Source of the DNA: Promethearchaeota archaeon
GTDB taxonomy: Archaea > Asgardarchaeota > Lokiarchaeia > Sigyniarchaeales > SOKP01
Direction of reading: 5' to 3'
Length of the DNA: 64,000 nucleotides
NCBI GenBank assembly: GCA_048941265.1
Contig: JBHLNT010000008.1
Coordinates: 10,691-74,690, forward strand
Positions 10,123-19,755 of this stretch are shown in pieces. Each line of letters begins with the position of its first letter. Within the stretch, counting starts at the first letter, position 1. Both the position numbers and the translations under genes were made by a program. Below the pieces are notes generated by a model. That model was not told the DNA's origin, searched no databases, and worked only from the letters and a program-made list of their open reading frames with translations.

Positions 10123-10512
10123 GTGATTAAAATGAAAGCTGAACATATTGCTGTAGCTTCTAATTCAGAAGCTGATAGTGACAAATTTTTCATTGATTTA
10201 TTAGGTTTAAGAAAAACTCGTTCATTTACTGTTTCTACGGACTTAATGGAACAATTCTTTGATATAAAAAAAGACCAAACCATAATTAGATATGAAAACA
10301 ATGAAATAAGTTTCGAGGTTTTTATTACTGATGATTATTCAAAAGCTAAAGACGTTTTCACTCATGTATGCTTAATAATAGAAGAACGTGATGAATTTGT
10401 AAATAAATCATTATCAATGGGATATACTACGATAAAAGTTCCTCGAAAGGATGGCGTTGGATATTATTTGTTTATTAAGGATACTTATGGAAATCTATAT
10501 GAAATCAAATAA
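10123..10512 (+). CDS. VOC/glyoxalase superfamily protein
   Basis: EHIAV...FFIDLLGL, THVCL, FIKDTYGNLYEI. Confidence 0.85.
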   Translation: MIKMKAEHIAVASNSEADSDKFFIDLLGLRKTRSFTVSTDLMEQFFDIKKDQTIIRYENNEISFEVFITDDYSKAKDVFTHVCLIIEERDEFVNKSLSMGYTTIKVPRKDGVGYYLFIKDTYGNLYEIK

Positions 10513-10673
10513 CATCCAAAACAGTTATAAATATAAATGAACAATATTTGATTAAATTTTTTAGAAAAATCATTAGTTTCTATGCATTTTGGTTACCAAA
10601 TATTTTTTAAATCAAAACTTATTAGTATGATAATCAATTTTATTTATTAGATAAGGTTAGTAGGTGCATTTAA

Positions 10674-11453
10674 ACGGCTAAGAGTTGTATTTTTAAAATA
10701 ATCATGGGTGGTGCGTCGAACTCTGGTAAAACGACTTTTATAAATGGCACATACTTTCCTTTTAATGATGAGGAATTCTTTCACATAGGTGTTTCTTTTA
10801 AATTAATAGATTGCCTCGTTAACAATGAGGATTCCTATCTTCTCCAATTATGGGACTTTAAAGTTATGGCGCAATTCAAGTGTTTATATCCAAGTTTCTG
10901 TAGGGGAGCCAAAGGAGCTCTTATTTGTTTTGATGTATCAGATAAAAAATCCTTCGAGGAACTACATTATTGGATAAAAACAATAAGACAAGTGGCTGGA
11001 AAAATCCCAATTATCTTGATTGGCACCAAGAATGATTTAAAAAGAGTAGTTACTGACCGAGAGATAAATAAAATTATTAAAATTTACCAATTAGATGGGA
11101 TTTTTTATACTTCAAAAGATAATTATAATCGCGAAACTATTTTTAAAAATTTAATAAAAAAATTGGATAAAATTTCTGTCAAGCAATTCGCTATATTCTT
11201 ACCAGAATATGATAAGAAATTCAAAAATTTTATCGATTTTTTCTCATTCTGCCCCGTGTGCAAGCGTAAATTACACTTTAATTATTTAAAAAAGTTTTTT
11301 TATAGCAGAAATGAAGAATCAATAAGATTAAAAGATTCATTATTATATTTGATTGATGAGTCAAATGATTTCGATGATATGTATCATTATAATATTGAAT
11401 TTGGAATACCATGCTGTAAATGTTATGAACAACTTTTTGGAGTAAACATTTAA
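10674..11453 (+). CDS. Degenerate Rab-like GTPase with C-terminal Zn-binding domain (paralog 1; probable ACG start)
   Basis: GASNSGKT, LQLWD, FCRGAKGALICFDVS, GTKND; tail CPVC...GIPCCKC. Confidence 0.8.
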   Translation, partial: TAKSCIFKIIMGGASNSGKTTFINGTYFPFNDEEFFHIGVSFKLIDCLVNNEDSYLLQLWDFKVMAQFKCLYPSFCRGAKGALICFDVSDKKSFEELHYWIKTIRQVAGKIPIILIGTKNDLKRVVTDREINKIIKIYQLDGIFYTSKDNYNRETIFKNLIKKLDKISVKQFAIFLPEYDKKFKNFIDFFSFCPVCKRKLHFNYLKKFFYSRNEESIRLKDSLLYLIDESNDFDDMYHYNIEFGIPCCKCYEQLFGVNI

Positions 11454-11609
11454 AAAAATTCTTTTTGCTTCATACTATAAAGAATTATCAAATGCTTTAC
11501 TCGAAAATTAATTATGATTAGATAAAACATCAAAACATTTTTTAATAAGTATTATTATGTTTAGGTTGAGGTAAATATTTTTCAGGCTCTTGAGGGTAGT
11601 TTTTATATA

Positions 11610-12410
11610 ATGACTAGAACGTATAAATTAAAAATGATAATCGGAGGGGCTGATGGCTCTGGTAAAACTTCATTTTTAGATGGAAAAGCTTCTATCAATC
11701 TAGAATTCAATAATTTAGGTGTTTCATTTAGACCAATTGAATGTATTGTAAATAACGGAGATTCATATCAATTTATTTGTTGGGATCCTAATGTAAAGGA
11801 AAGATATCGTTTTCTTTTTCCAGTATTTTGCAGAGGTGCCTCATGTGCTATTTTATGTTTTGATGTGTCAGATCATAAGACTTTTGAAGAATTAAACTTT
11901 TGGATTAAAACAGTAAGAAAGAACGGGATAATTAATACTTATAAAATACCGATTGTTTTAGTAGGAACTAAAAGCGACTTAAATATACGTGAAGTTAGTG
12001 ATGAGGAAGTTTATAGTCTAATTGACCAATTTGATTTAGATGGAATTTTTTACACATCCATTTATGATAAAGATCTCAAACAGAAAAAGGAGACGATTTT
12101 TAAGATTTTGATTGAAAAGATCGAGCCCTATTATCAAATTGAAGATTTTTCAATTTTCATTCCAAGAGAAGATGATAAATTTAAAGAATTTTTGCAGCAC
12201 TTTTCAATTTGCCCAATCTGTGGAAACCAGAACCACTACGACGCCCTCAAAAAGTTTTATTATAGTAGAGAGCCAAGTCTGATAAACTTAAAAGAAAAAT
12301 TATTAGATCTCATTGAAGAGTCAAAAGATTTTGGTGATACCTATTACAATGAGATTAATGTTGGAATTCCCTGCTGTAAATGTTTTGAAATGTATTTCGA
12401 AAATAAATAG
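11610..12410 (+). CDS. Degenerate Rab-like GTPase with C-terminal Zn-binding domain (paralog 2)
   Basis: GADGSGKT, FICWD, FCRGASCAILCFDVS, GTKSD; tail CPIC...GIPCCKC. Confidence 0.85.
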   Translation: MTRTYKLKMIIGGADGSGKTSFLDGKASINLEFNNLGVSFRPIECIVNNGDSYQFICWDPNVKERYRFLFPVFCRGASCAILCFDVSDHKTFEELNFWIKTVRKNGIINTYKIPIVLVGTKSDLNIREVSDEEVYSLIDQFDLDGIFYTSIYDKDLKQKKETIFKILIEKIEPYYQIEDFSIFIPREDDKFKEFLQHFSICPICGNQNHYDALKKFYYSREPSLINLKEKLLDLIEESKDFGDTYYNEINVGIPCCKCFEMYFENK

Positions 12411-12437
12411 AACAAATCTTTTTTTGAATAAATTAGA

Positions 12438-12863
12438 TTAATCTAGATCTTTTATTATTCCGCTTCTTCTTATAATATCTTTATGATCAAATGCAAACTC
12501 TAAAGATGGAATTTTTGAAAAAGGCATAATTTCTAAACCGGCAGCATCATCTTGAGCTTTAGGCTCACTGCTCTTTTTTAAAGGTTCACATAAAAATGCA
12601 ACTGTAACAACCAGACCTCTCGGATCGCGGTCCGGCCCTGAAAAAATACCGATTTTTTTAATAATTTTTATATCTAAGTTTGTTTCCTCTTTGGCTTCTC
12701 TAATACACGCTTGCTCTGGTAATTCTCTTTTATTAACGAAGCCTCCAGGCAAGGCCAATTTACCCTTAAATGGAGGATTTTTCCTTCTAATAAGCACTAA
12801 ATTATTTTTTTTATATCGAATTACAGCATCGGCAGTTAATGCGGGATATTTATATTCAGGCAT
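12438..12863 (-). CDS. NUDIX hydrolase (ADP-ribose pyrophosphatase-like)
   Basis: LPGGF...REAKEETNL Nudix box, RDPRG, AFDH. Confidence 0.9.
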   Translation of the reverse strand: MPEYKYPALTADAVIRYKKNNLVLIRRKNPPFKGKLALPGGFVNKRELPEQACIREAKEETNLDIKIIKKIGIFSGPDRDPRGLVVTVAFLCEPLKKSSEPKAQDDAAGLEIMPFSKIPSLEFAFDHKDIIRRSGIIKDLD

Positions 12864-12929
12864 TTTTAGATTTTACTCTTTTCATAAATTTATAATAAAA
12901 TTCTTTAATTTAAGAATTAAAAGATACAA

Positions 12930-13763
12930 TTATTCGTCCCAGACTTTAGAAGCAAGCAGATGATCTATACGAGTCTTACGAGGTCTTATGAATTTTGTAT
13001 GATGTTCTTTTCGTTCTAATAAGAGGCTTTTCTCTAAATTATTGGAATTCACAATAAAAACCTCTAAATTACCCTCATCGAGAAAAATATGATTAAAACA
13101 AGCATAATCGTCTGATCGAACCTTATTTGAAGTAGAGGTACCACAATAAAGAAATGTTGTGCTTGAATTGTCTTCCCAATCAATAATATAAGCATGAGGC
13201 ACATGACGATGTCCCATTAGAACTAAATCGACCTCAAAATACTGAGCGAATTCTAAAAGTTCACCAGCATCCCTTACAATAGTGAATTTTTGTCCCGACA
13301 TAGGAACAGGAATTAAATGATGGTGCAATGCGAGTACTTTATTTTCTAATTCTTTATATGCATTTAAATATCTTCCACAATAATCTAATTGCTCATCTCC
13401 AATAAGTCCTTCTGCCATGTCATCACTTGCACTGCAAAGTCCAACCACAATCGCATTTTTCTCTTCTAAATGCATATAAGAACGTCGTGGTCCAATTAAT
13501 TTTTCAAAAAAAATAAGACCACTGTTTTTTGCGTCATGATTTCCTGGCACAGCTAAAAATCTTGAAATTGCTTTAATTTCATCTATATAAGGAAGAATTT
13601 TTTTATATTGTACAATCCTTCCTTTATCAATGATGTCGCCTGTACAAATCACAACATCAGGATTACAGAGTTTTATATATTTAATAATATTTTTGATACA
13701 TTCTTCTTTAAAGCCTGAACCATAGTGTAAATCACTTATCTGAACAATTTCGATACCCGCCAT
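12930..13763 (-). CDS. Calcineurin-like metallophosphoesterase (CpdA/Icc-like)
   Basis: SDLH, TGD, PGNHD, LHHH, GHRH. Confidence 0.9.
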   Translation of the reverse strand: MAGIEIVQISDLHYGSGFKEECIKNIIKYIKLCNPDVVICTGDIIDKGRIVQYKKILPYIDEIKAISRFLAVPGNHDAKNSGLIFFEKLIGPRRSYMHLEEKNAIVVGLCSASDDMAEGLIGDEQLDYCGRYLNAYKELENKVLALHHHLIPVPMSGQKFTIVRDAGELLEFAQYFEVDLVLMGHRHVPHAYIIDWEDNSSTTFLYCGTSTSNKVRSDDYACFNHIFLDEGNLEVFIVNSNNLEKSLLLERKEHHTKFIRPRKTRIDHLLASKVWDE

Positions 13764-13888
13764 AATTAATTCAATGATTTAATATTATTTATTTAATAGT
13801 TAAATAATAAGATATTAATTGAGTTAAATAAAAATATCTCTTGAGATATTTAATTCTTTTTTTATTCAATGAGAAAAGAGAGTTTTTA

Positions 13889-14701
13889 CTAAAAAGTGTC
13901 TTGAAAAACTTTTGTTTGTATTAAATGATCGATTCTTGCTTTTCTCGGTCTTACATAGTCAACTACACCTCTTTTTTGTGAAATTAAGAGGTTTCTATTT
14001 AAAGTACAAGAATCTACTACAAAGACTTCTAATTCATCCTCATAAAGACAAATCTGATTAAAGCACGGAGATTCATCTGCTCTAACCTTATCGCTTGAAG
14101 TTGTTCCGCAATAAAGCAATACTGTATTTCCAAATCTCCACACATGGGGCACATGTCTATGTCCCATTAGTACTAAATCAATATTATATGCTTGAGCTAA
14201 TTCAAGCGCTTCTCCCGCATCAATAAGAGTATCTCTCTTTGTTCCGGCATAAGGCACAGCAACTAGATGGTGATGAAGCGCCAGTACTTTAAGTTTATTT
14301 TTGAAATATTTTAAAGTATTAACCATCCACTCCAGTTGTTCATCTCCAAGCTCTCCTTCAGATGTATTATCCCGAGGACTTCGGACACCCATTAACATAG
14401 TGTCTTTATCATTTAGATTTATTTTCCATCTTCTCGGTCCTATGTACCGCTCAAAGAAAACTATACCGTTGTTTTTTACATCATGATTCCCAATAACAGT
14501 AAAAATGGGAACCTTTATTTTTGTTAAATACTTCGCAATTGCTTCATATTGATATTTCTTAGCTTTATGGGTCAAATCTCCAGTGCATATGACTGCATCC
14601 GGATGAGCATCGTTAATATAGTCTATTACATTTAAAAGACAGTCTTCTCTAAACTCATTACTTCCGTAATGTAAATCAGATATTTGTATTAATTCTACCA
14701 T
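13889..14701 (-). CDS. Calcineurin-like metallophosphoesterase (CpdA/Icc-like), tandem paralog
   Basis: SDLH, TGD, GNHD, LHHH, GHRH; co-linear with the neighbouring gene. Confidence 0.9.
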   Translation of the reverse strand: MVELIQISDLHYGSNEFREDCLLNVIDYINDAHPDAVICTGDLTHKAKKYQYEAIAKYLTKIKVPIFTVIGNHDVKNNGIVFFERYIGPRRWKINLNDKDTMLMGVRSPRDNTSEGELGDEQLEWMVNTLKYFKNKLKVLALHHHLVAVPYAGTKRDTLIDAGEALELAQAYNIDLVLMGHRHVPHVWRFGNTVLLYCGTTSSDKVRADESPCFNQICLYEDELEVFVVDSCTLNRNLLISQKRGVVDYVRPRKARIDHLIQTKVFQDTF

Positions 14702-14730
14702 TTGTCATCTAACACGATTATTTCTATAAT

Positions 14731-14919
14731 TTATTTATTTCGAAAAGGTCTCATAGAAAAAAGTTCTTTAGCTATCTGATTTATTTCTTGATTGATCTGG
14801 TCTATTATAATACTTATGGATAGCTCCATTTTTGAATTTTGGAGGGTACCAATATAATAATATAAATTACTAAAATCATCTTTTTCTTTTAATAAATCAA
14901 ATAATAAATCTTCTTTCAC
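14731..14919 (-). CDS. Small hypothetical helical protein
   Basis: 62-aa GTG ORF 30 bp upstream of the phosphoesterase on the same strand. Confidence 0.45.
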   Translation of the reverse strand: MKEDLLFDLLKEKDDFSNLYYYIGTLQNSKMELSISIIIDQINQEINQIAKELFSMRPFRNK

Positions 14920-15137
14920 ATATATCCCTTTTTTCTTCCATTCTCAATAAAAAAAAGATAAGAGAGGGTTATAAGTGAATTCCTTATATTTTATAGGTTC
15001 ATATATAGTCTATATAGATCCAATAATTAGATGTTTTATATTAATTTTAAGCAAGATTCCATAGAAAAATCTACCATCAAAAATCTCCCTATATAGAAGA
15101 ATAGATTTTCATTTTACTATTAAGGATTTAAAATATC

Positions 15138-18077
15138 TTACTGGTCCTTAAATAATTTCTTATTTACATATTTTTTTATCTCATCCATAGTTACATTTGG
15201 AGCAGATCCAGAACCAAAGTCTATTTTGCCACCCCCTTTTCCTCCAAAATGATCAACTGTTTCACGAATGAATTTCCCCATATTAAAGCTTCCATCTTCT
15301 GTTGCTTTTGGTCCCAACATTCCTGTAACTGTTGTTCCTTTATTATTTTCACTAAAAAAAATCGTAATATAGTTATCATCCATTTTTATTACGTTAGAAC
15401 TAAGACTTTGAATATCCTTATTGCTTAAATTTCGAAATGATCCTAGAACAATTTTATACGATTCATAAGGTTTTGCGTTTTTAACTAATTGATTAATATA
15501 TTCTGGGCTAGTTTGTTTTAATTTGGTTTTATTATCCTCCCATTCAGTAAGTAATTTTTGGACCTTAGAGGGGATTTGGTCTTTCTTTACGTTAAGAATT
15601 TTAGAAATTTCGGATATGGGTTCTCCCTCAAATGTCTCGGTTGAAATTAATTCCAGATCTGTTTGTTTGACTTTACCACTTTTAAGGGCTTTATTAACTC
15701 TTTTCCATTTATCTAGTAATTCGCTAACCCTTCCAACAATTTTATTAGAATCAACATTCAATAGAGTTCCAAGTTCAGCAATTAACTTCTTATTTCTTTT
15801 TTTTAATTTTTCAGTCGCTTCTCCTGCTGTAAAAGTTAACCTTACGATCCCGTCCTGAATCTTTTGGGATTTTGTTATTTTTATTTCACCGGTTTCAGAT
15901 GTATTATTTAGATGAGTACCACCACAAGCCTCCACATCAACGCTTGGGACTTCAACTATCCTTACATATTTTCCTGGAACTGCTCCTCCTTGATAAATTG
16001 CCATTCCGTATTTTTTTTCAGCCTCTGAACGCGGAATAAAATCAAGATGAAGATCAATCCCCTTTTTTACGATTTCGTTAGCTTTATTCTCTATTTGAAT
16101 AAGTTTTTCATTAGAGATTTGTTCATGATGGGTAACGTCCAAGTGAGAGTTTTTTAGTGTTTTTTTTGCTCCAGCTTGATTTATATGTGACCCTAAAATC
16201 TCCCGAGCAGCTGCATTTACAATATGAGTCGCTGTATGGTGTTGTGCGAGTTGCTTTCTCCATTCGTGATCAACCTCTACTTTAACAGTATCTCCTTCTT
16301 TAAAGCTTGGTTTATCTTCTAGTACATGAATGATATGATTTCCTTGTTTGAATACATCATTAAATTTTTGGCCATTAATAGTTCCAATATCATGTAATTG
16401 CCCTCCTGATGTTGGATAGGCTACAGATTGGTCTAAAATTACCATATTATCAAGAATTTTTAAAACTTTTGCCTCATTGGAGGTTTCTGTATAATCATAG
16501 TAGTAGAGGGATTTGGTTTCAGGAATCCCCTCTAAATCTAATTCTATTGTTTTGGTAGTAGCATGAATTTGTTCAACTTTCTCATGCCTTTCTACGACTA
16601 ATGAGTAAAAGTCATCTGGGATTTTAATTTTAATGTTATAATTTTTTGCAGTTTCTTTGACCATGTCGGGGCTAATTCCATTAGAATCATATAATTCAAT
16701 CAATGTATCAGTAGAAATTTCACCTTTTTGCAGAATTTTTTCTAATATCTTTCCTGCTTTTTTCTTAGTGGCATAGAATTTTTCCTTTTCAACATTAAGA
16801 ATTTCTCTAATTTCATCTAAATGTTCAGAAACTTCTGGAAATAGTTCTTTTAATTCTTCTGCGTGCCATTCACATACATCTGCAATATCGATATTCCAAT
16901 TGAATTTATTAATAAAGCTTATAGCACGTCTAAATATTACTCTTAAATTATAGCCTCCTCCCACATTTGATGGTAATTTGCCATCATTTATGGCAAAAAG
17001 TAAACTTCGTGCATGTTCGGCAATCGAATAAAGAGCAGTCATGGGCATAATTTTTCTTTTTAATTCCTTTACATCAATTTTGATCTCTTTAGCAACGCGT
17101 TGCCAAGCTGCGTCCATATCGTCCACTTCATCTATGTTTAAATAAGCAGAATATTGAGAAAATTCATTATATAAATCTAAATCTAAATCGATTTTTGTAA
17201 TTTCTCTTAATTTTTTTAGAACATTTGGAAAAATGGCTTCATACATATTCGGTGTACCTTGCGAAAACCACGCAACACGTTCTTGTCCTAAGCCCATATC
17301 AAGTACTTTAAGTTTTAGTTCTCTGGGACCTTCTGAAGTTTGTTCAAACATGGTATATACTTGGTTAAATAATTCAACCCCTCTACTAAAAAATTCAAGG
17401 CTGCACCCAAAAGATCCTCCTCCCGCCCAAGAATCTTCATGAATCGTAATTTCTTCCTTAGCTAATCCTACGCCTTTATGGATGAAATCGTGCATATCCA
17501 TGAATAGTTGCCCTTGATTCCATTCTTCTGGTGAGACAAAAGCATGTTGTCCTATCATCACGAAGCCACAGCAATGAGAGCCAGTCAAACCTACGTTCTC
17601 AATATCATTAAATCTTAAACAAAATTGGGGTATTATTAGCTTTTTTGCTGGTGGTTCTACTTCTCCGGTAATCACATAAGGTTGAAATGCGGAAATAGAT
17701 GCAATTGTAAATTCGGTGGTTGGATTCCACCTCGCCACACATGGATATCTTTTTATAGGTTTATAACCCCTAGGTTCAAGAACTTCTACAATTTTTTTCC
17801 AAACATCGATATAAGATAATTTGATTGGAGATGGATTATCTATAACAACCTGAAAACCTCCAGAGCAAGCAGGATCCCCACAAACTTCTCTATCTTTATG
17901 AGTTGTCCAAAAATAAGTTCCACATTTACATAATTTTCGCATATAACCTAATTGTTTCAGTTCTTTAGTAGGAAAATACGAATCTGGGTCTTTAGATGCG
18001 ATTTTTTTGAATTCTTTTTTTAACTCTTTGTCTGTCTTAAATCTTTTAAGTTGTTTTTTAAGCTGATCAGATAGCAT
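15138..18077 (-). CDS. alaS: Alanine--tRNA ligase (archaeal type)
   Basis: N-terminal Zn knuckle, FTIASISAFQP, QFCLRFND, DMGLGQER, editing HHTATH and EACGGTH, C-Ala GGKGGG. Confidence 0.97.
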   Translation of the reverse strand: MLSDQLKKQLKRFKTDKELKKEFKKIASKDPDSYFPTKELKQLGYMRKLCKCGTYFWTTHKDREVCGDPACSGGFQVVIDNPSPIKLSYIDVWKKIVEVLEPRGYKPIKRYPCVARWNPTTEFTIASISAFQPYVITGEVEPPAKKLIIPQFCLRFNDIENVGLTGSHCCGFVMIGQHAFVSPEEWNQGQLFMDMHDFIHKGVGLAKEEITIHEDSWAGGGSFGCSLEFFSRGVELFNQVYTMFEQTSEGPRELKLKVLDMGLGQERVAWFSQGTPNMYEAIFPNVLKKLREITKIDLDLDLYNEFSQYSAYLNIDEVDDMDAAWQRVAKEIKIDVKELKRKIMPMTALYSIAEHARSLLFAINDGKLPSNVGGGYNLRVIFRRAISFINKFNWNIDIADVCEWHAEELKELFPEVSEHLDEIREILNVEKEKFYATKKKAGKILEKILQKGEISTDTLIELYDSNGISPDMVKETAKNYNIKIKIPDDFYSLVVERHEKVEQIHATTKTIELDLEGIPETKSLYYYDYTETSNEAKVLKILDNMVILDQSVAYPTSGGQLHDIGTINGQKFNDVFKQGNHIIHVLEDKPSFKEGDTVKVEVDHEWRKQLAQHHTATHIVNAAAREILGSHINQAGAKKTLKNSHLDVTHHEQISNEKLIQIENKANEIVKKGIDLHLDFIPRSEAEKKYGMAIYQGGAVPGKYVRIVEVPSVDVEACGGTHLNNTSETGEIKITKSQKIQDGIVRLTFTAGEATEKLKKRNKKLIAELGTLLNVDSNKIVGRVSELLDKWKRVNKALKSGKVKQTDLELISTETFEGEPISEISKILNVKKDQIPSKVQKLLTEWEDNKTKLKQTSPEYINQLVKNAKPYESYKIVLGSFRNLSNKDIQSLSSNVIKMDDNYITIFFSENNKGTTVTGMLGPKATEDGSFNMGKFIRETVDHFGGKGGGKIDFGSGSAPNVTMDEIKKYVNKKLFKDQ

Positions 18078-18349
18078 TTGTTTTCGATTTTAAATTGATA
18101 GAATTATTTAATGAATTTTCTCCTAAAACAATTTTGATTTTAGTTGATTTATTTAATAAATTAAGAAAAAGTAATCCCAAGATTAGAATTAGTTCTGATT
18201 AGATGAGAATCATATTCAAAAAATGATTTTAATTTAAAAATTAAAAAGGAATTTTACTCATGAGAACACCGATTACTTCAAAAAAAAAGTCTGAGATTCC
18301 CTAAGATTTTTATTTTATTTATTATTTATTTCTTAGCAGCGTCCTTTTT

Positions 18350-19558
18350 TCATAATTTTTTAGCATTATTCAGCTTATTCTGAGGTTTTTCTGAGATTTC
18401 AATCTCTTCCATTTCTTTTACTTTTTTAAAGAATTTCACGGGTTTTGACTCGTCAAACGGCGTGTCGCACACCCAGCACAAGTTTTCTAAATTGCTTAAT
18501 GTTCGTGCACAATTTTCGCAATATAAAGTGTCGCATTCAGGGCAAATATATATATTAAATCGAGCTACTTTATTTTTACAAACTAAGCAAATTTTCTTTT
18601 CTTTAGAAATTGAAACTTCTTCTTCAGTCATTTTTTCAGGTTTTGTGAAAACTCCCCGAATTCCAATGTTGGTTTGACTATCTTGACTTTTTTCACGTTT
18701 TATCCATCTAATTAAAAAAAAACACTCAAGAAAGTAAAAAATGAGATATATAAATGAACCTAAGACATATTCAATAGTTTTTACAACAATAACATTATAA
18801 ATAGTAGAAAACAAAACGCAAACGATTAATGTGAGAATAAATAAATACCAATACTTGATATCACGTGCAAAGAATTCGGGATTGAATACTGTTGGAGCCA
18901 TACATAAAAATATTCCAAAAATACATAAAATGGGAAAAATTAATATTGGCGTGTTTTCTAATCGCATTACTACTGGATTTATATAAATTATAAAGAATCC
19001 TATAAAAAAAGTACCTAAAATAATGAAAGATGTAGCCGCTCTCAGTTCCTTTAGAGACCTTTTCATGAGCGTAAAAAGGGTATGCAAATAATACAATCCC
19101 ATTATTGTAAATGTGTAAGCAAAAAGTTCATAGATTGCTAATTCATAGGGTAATAGAATAATCAATGAGATAATTGCTACGCATAAAATCGGTGCAAGAT
19201 GTATTTTTTTTTTAAGGATTTTCTCATAAGTATAAAAATAATAGATATATGCTGCCCAATAAGAGATATACGCACCTTTAATTAACCACATATAAAATAA
19301 TGAGGGATTCTCAAAATTTCCCCAATAAATATGTCCAATATACTTCCCTTCTAAATAAAAAAAGCTAGAATTTATTAAAATTAAGTAAATTGTGATAAAT
19401 ATAAATAAAAAAGCATACCCATTGTTAATAGACTTTTCAGCGGGATTCTCCTTTCTCTTAGCTAACGCAAAATATTGGAGAGCTGTAATGAACGAAAGAA
19501 TAGTCGCTATACCAATTAAATAAACATCAAAAACACTAAAAATGATAACATTTCCTAT
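18350..19558 (-). CDS. Multi-pass membrane protein with C-terminal 8-Cys RING-like Zn finger (probable ATA start)
   Basis: Frame open 89 codons upstream of ATG 19291 with two more TM helices; tail CLVC-x11-CPEC-x4-CENC-x10-CWVC. Confidence 0.75.
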   Translation of the reverse strand: MGNVIIFSVFDVYLIGIATILSFITALQYFALAKRKENPAEKSINNGYAFLFIFITIYLILINSSFFYLEGKYIGHIYWGNFENPSLFYMWLIKGAYISYWAAYIYYFYTYEKILKKKIHLAPILCVAIISLIILLPYELAIYELFAYTFTIMGLYYLHTLFTLMKRSLKELRAATSFIILGTFFIGFFIIYINPVVMRLENTPILIFPILCIFGIFLCMAPTVFNPEFFARDIKYWYLFILTLIVCVLFSTIYNVIVVKTIEYVLGSFIYLIFYFLECFFLIRWIKREKSQDSQTNIGIRGVFTKPEKMTEEEVSISKEKKICLVCKNKVARFNIYICPECDTLYCENCARTLSNLENLCWVCDTPFDESKPVKFFKKVKEMEEIEISEKPQNKLNNAKKL

Positions 19559-19755
19559 TTAAATTCACCTTTTCTGATCAATTAAAGCTAGTTCCAAATA
19601 ATCTCTTTTTATCAAAAAGTAATCATCCATATTCGCCTAGTTCAACTAACGTGAATCTACTACTAATACGTGCCTAATTTTACTATTTCTCCCTTACTTT
19701 ATAAATTTTTTACTTTTTTTGACTATCAATCCATCAATTTATTCATTTCTTTAAA

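Noticed and set aside
19559-19567. Selenocysteine readthrough of the TGA joining the mini-ORF to the TM-RING gene
   Set aside because: An in-frame TAA follows two codons later and no SECIS was recognised
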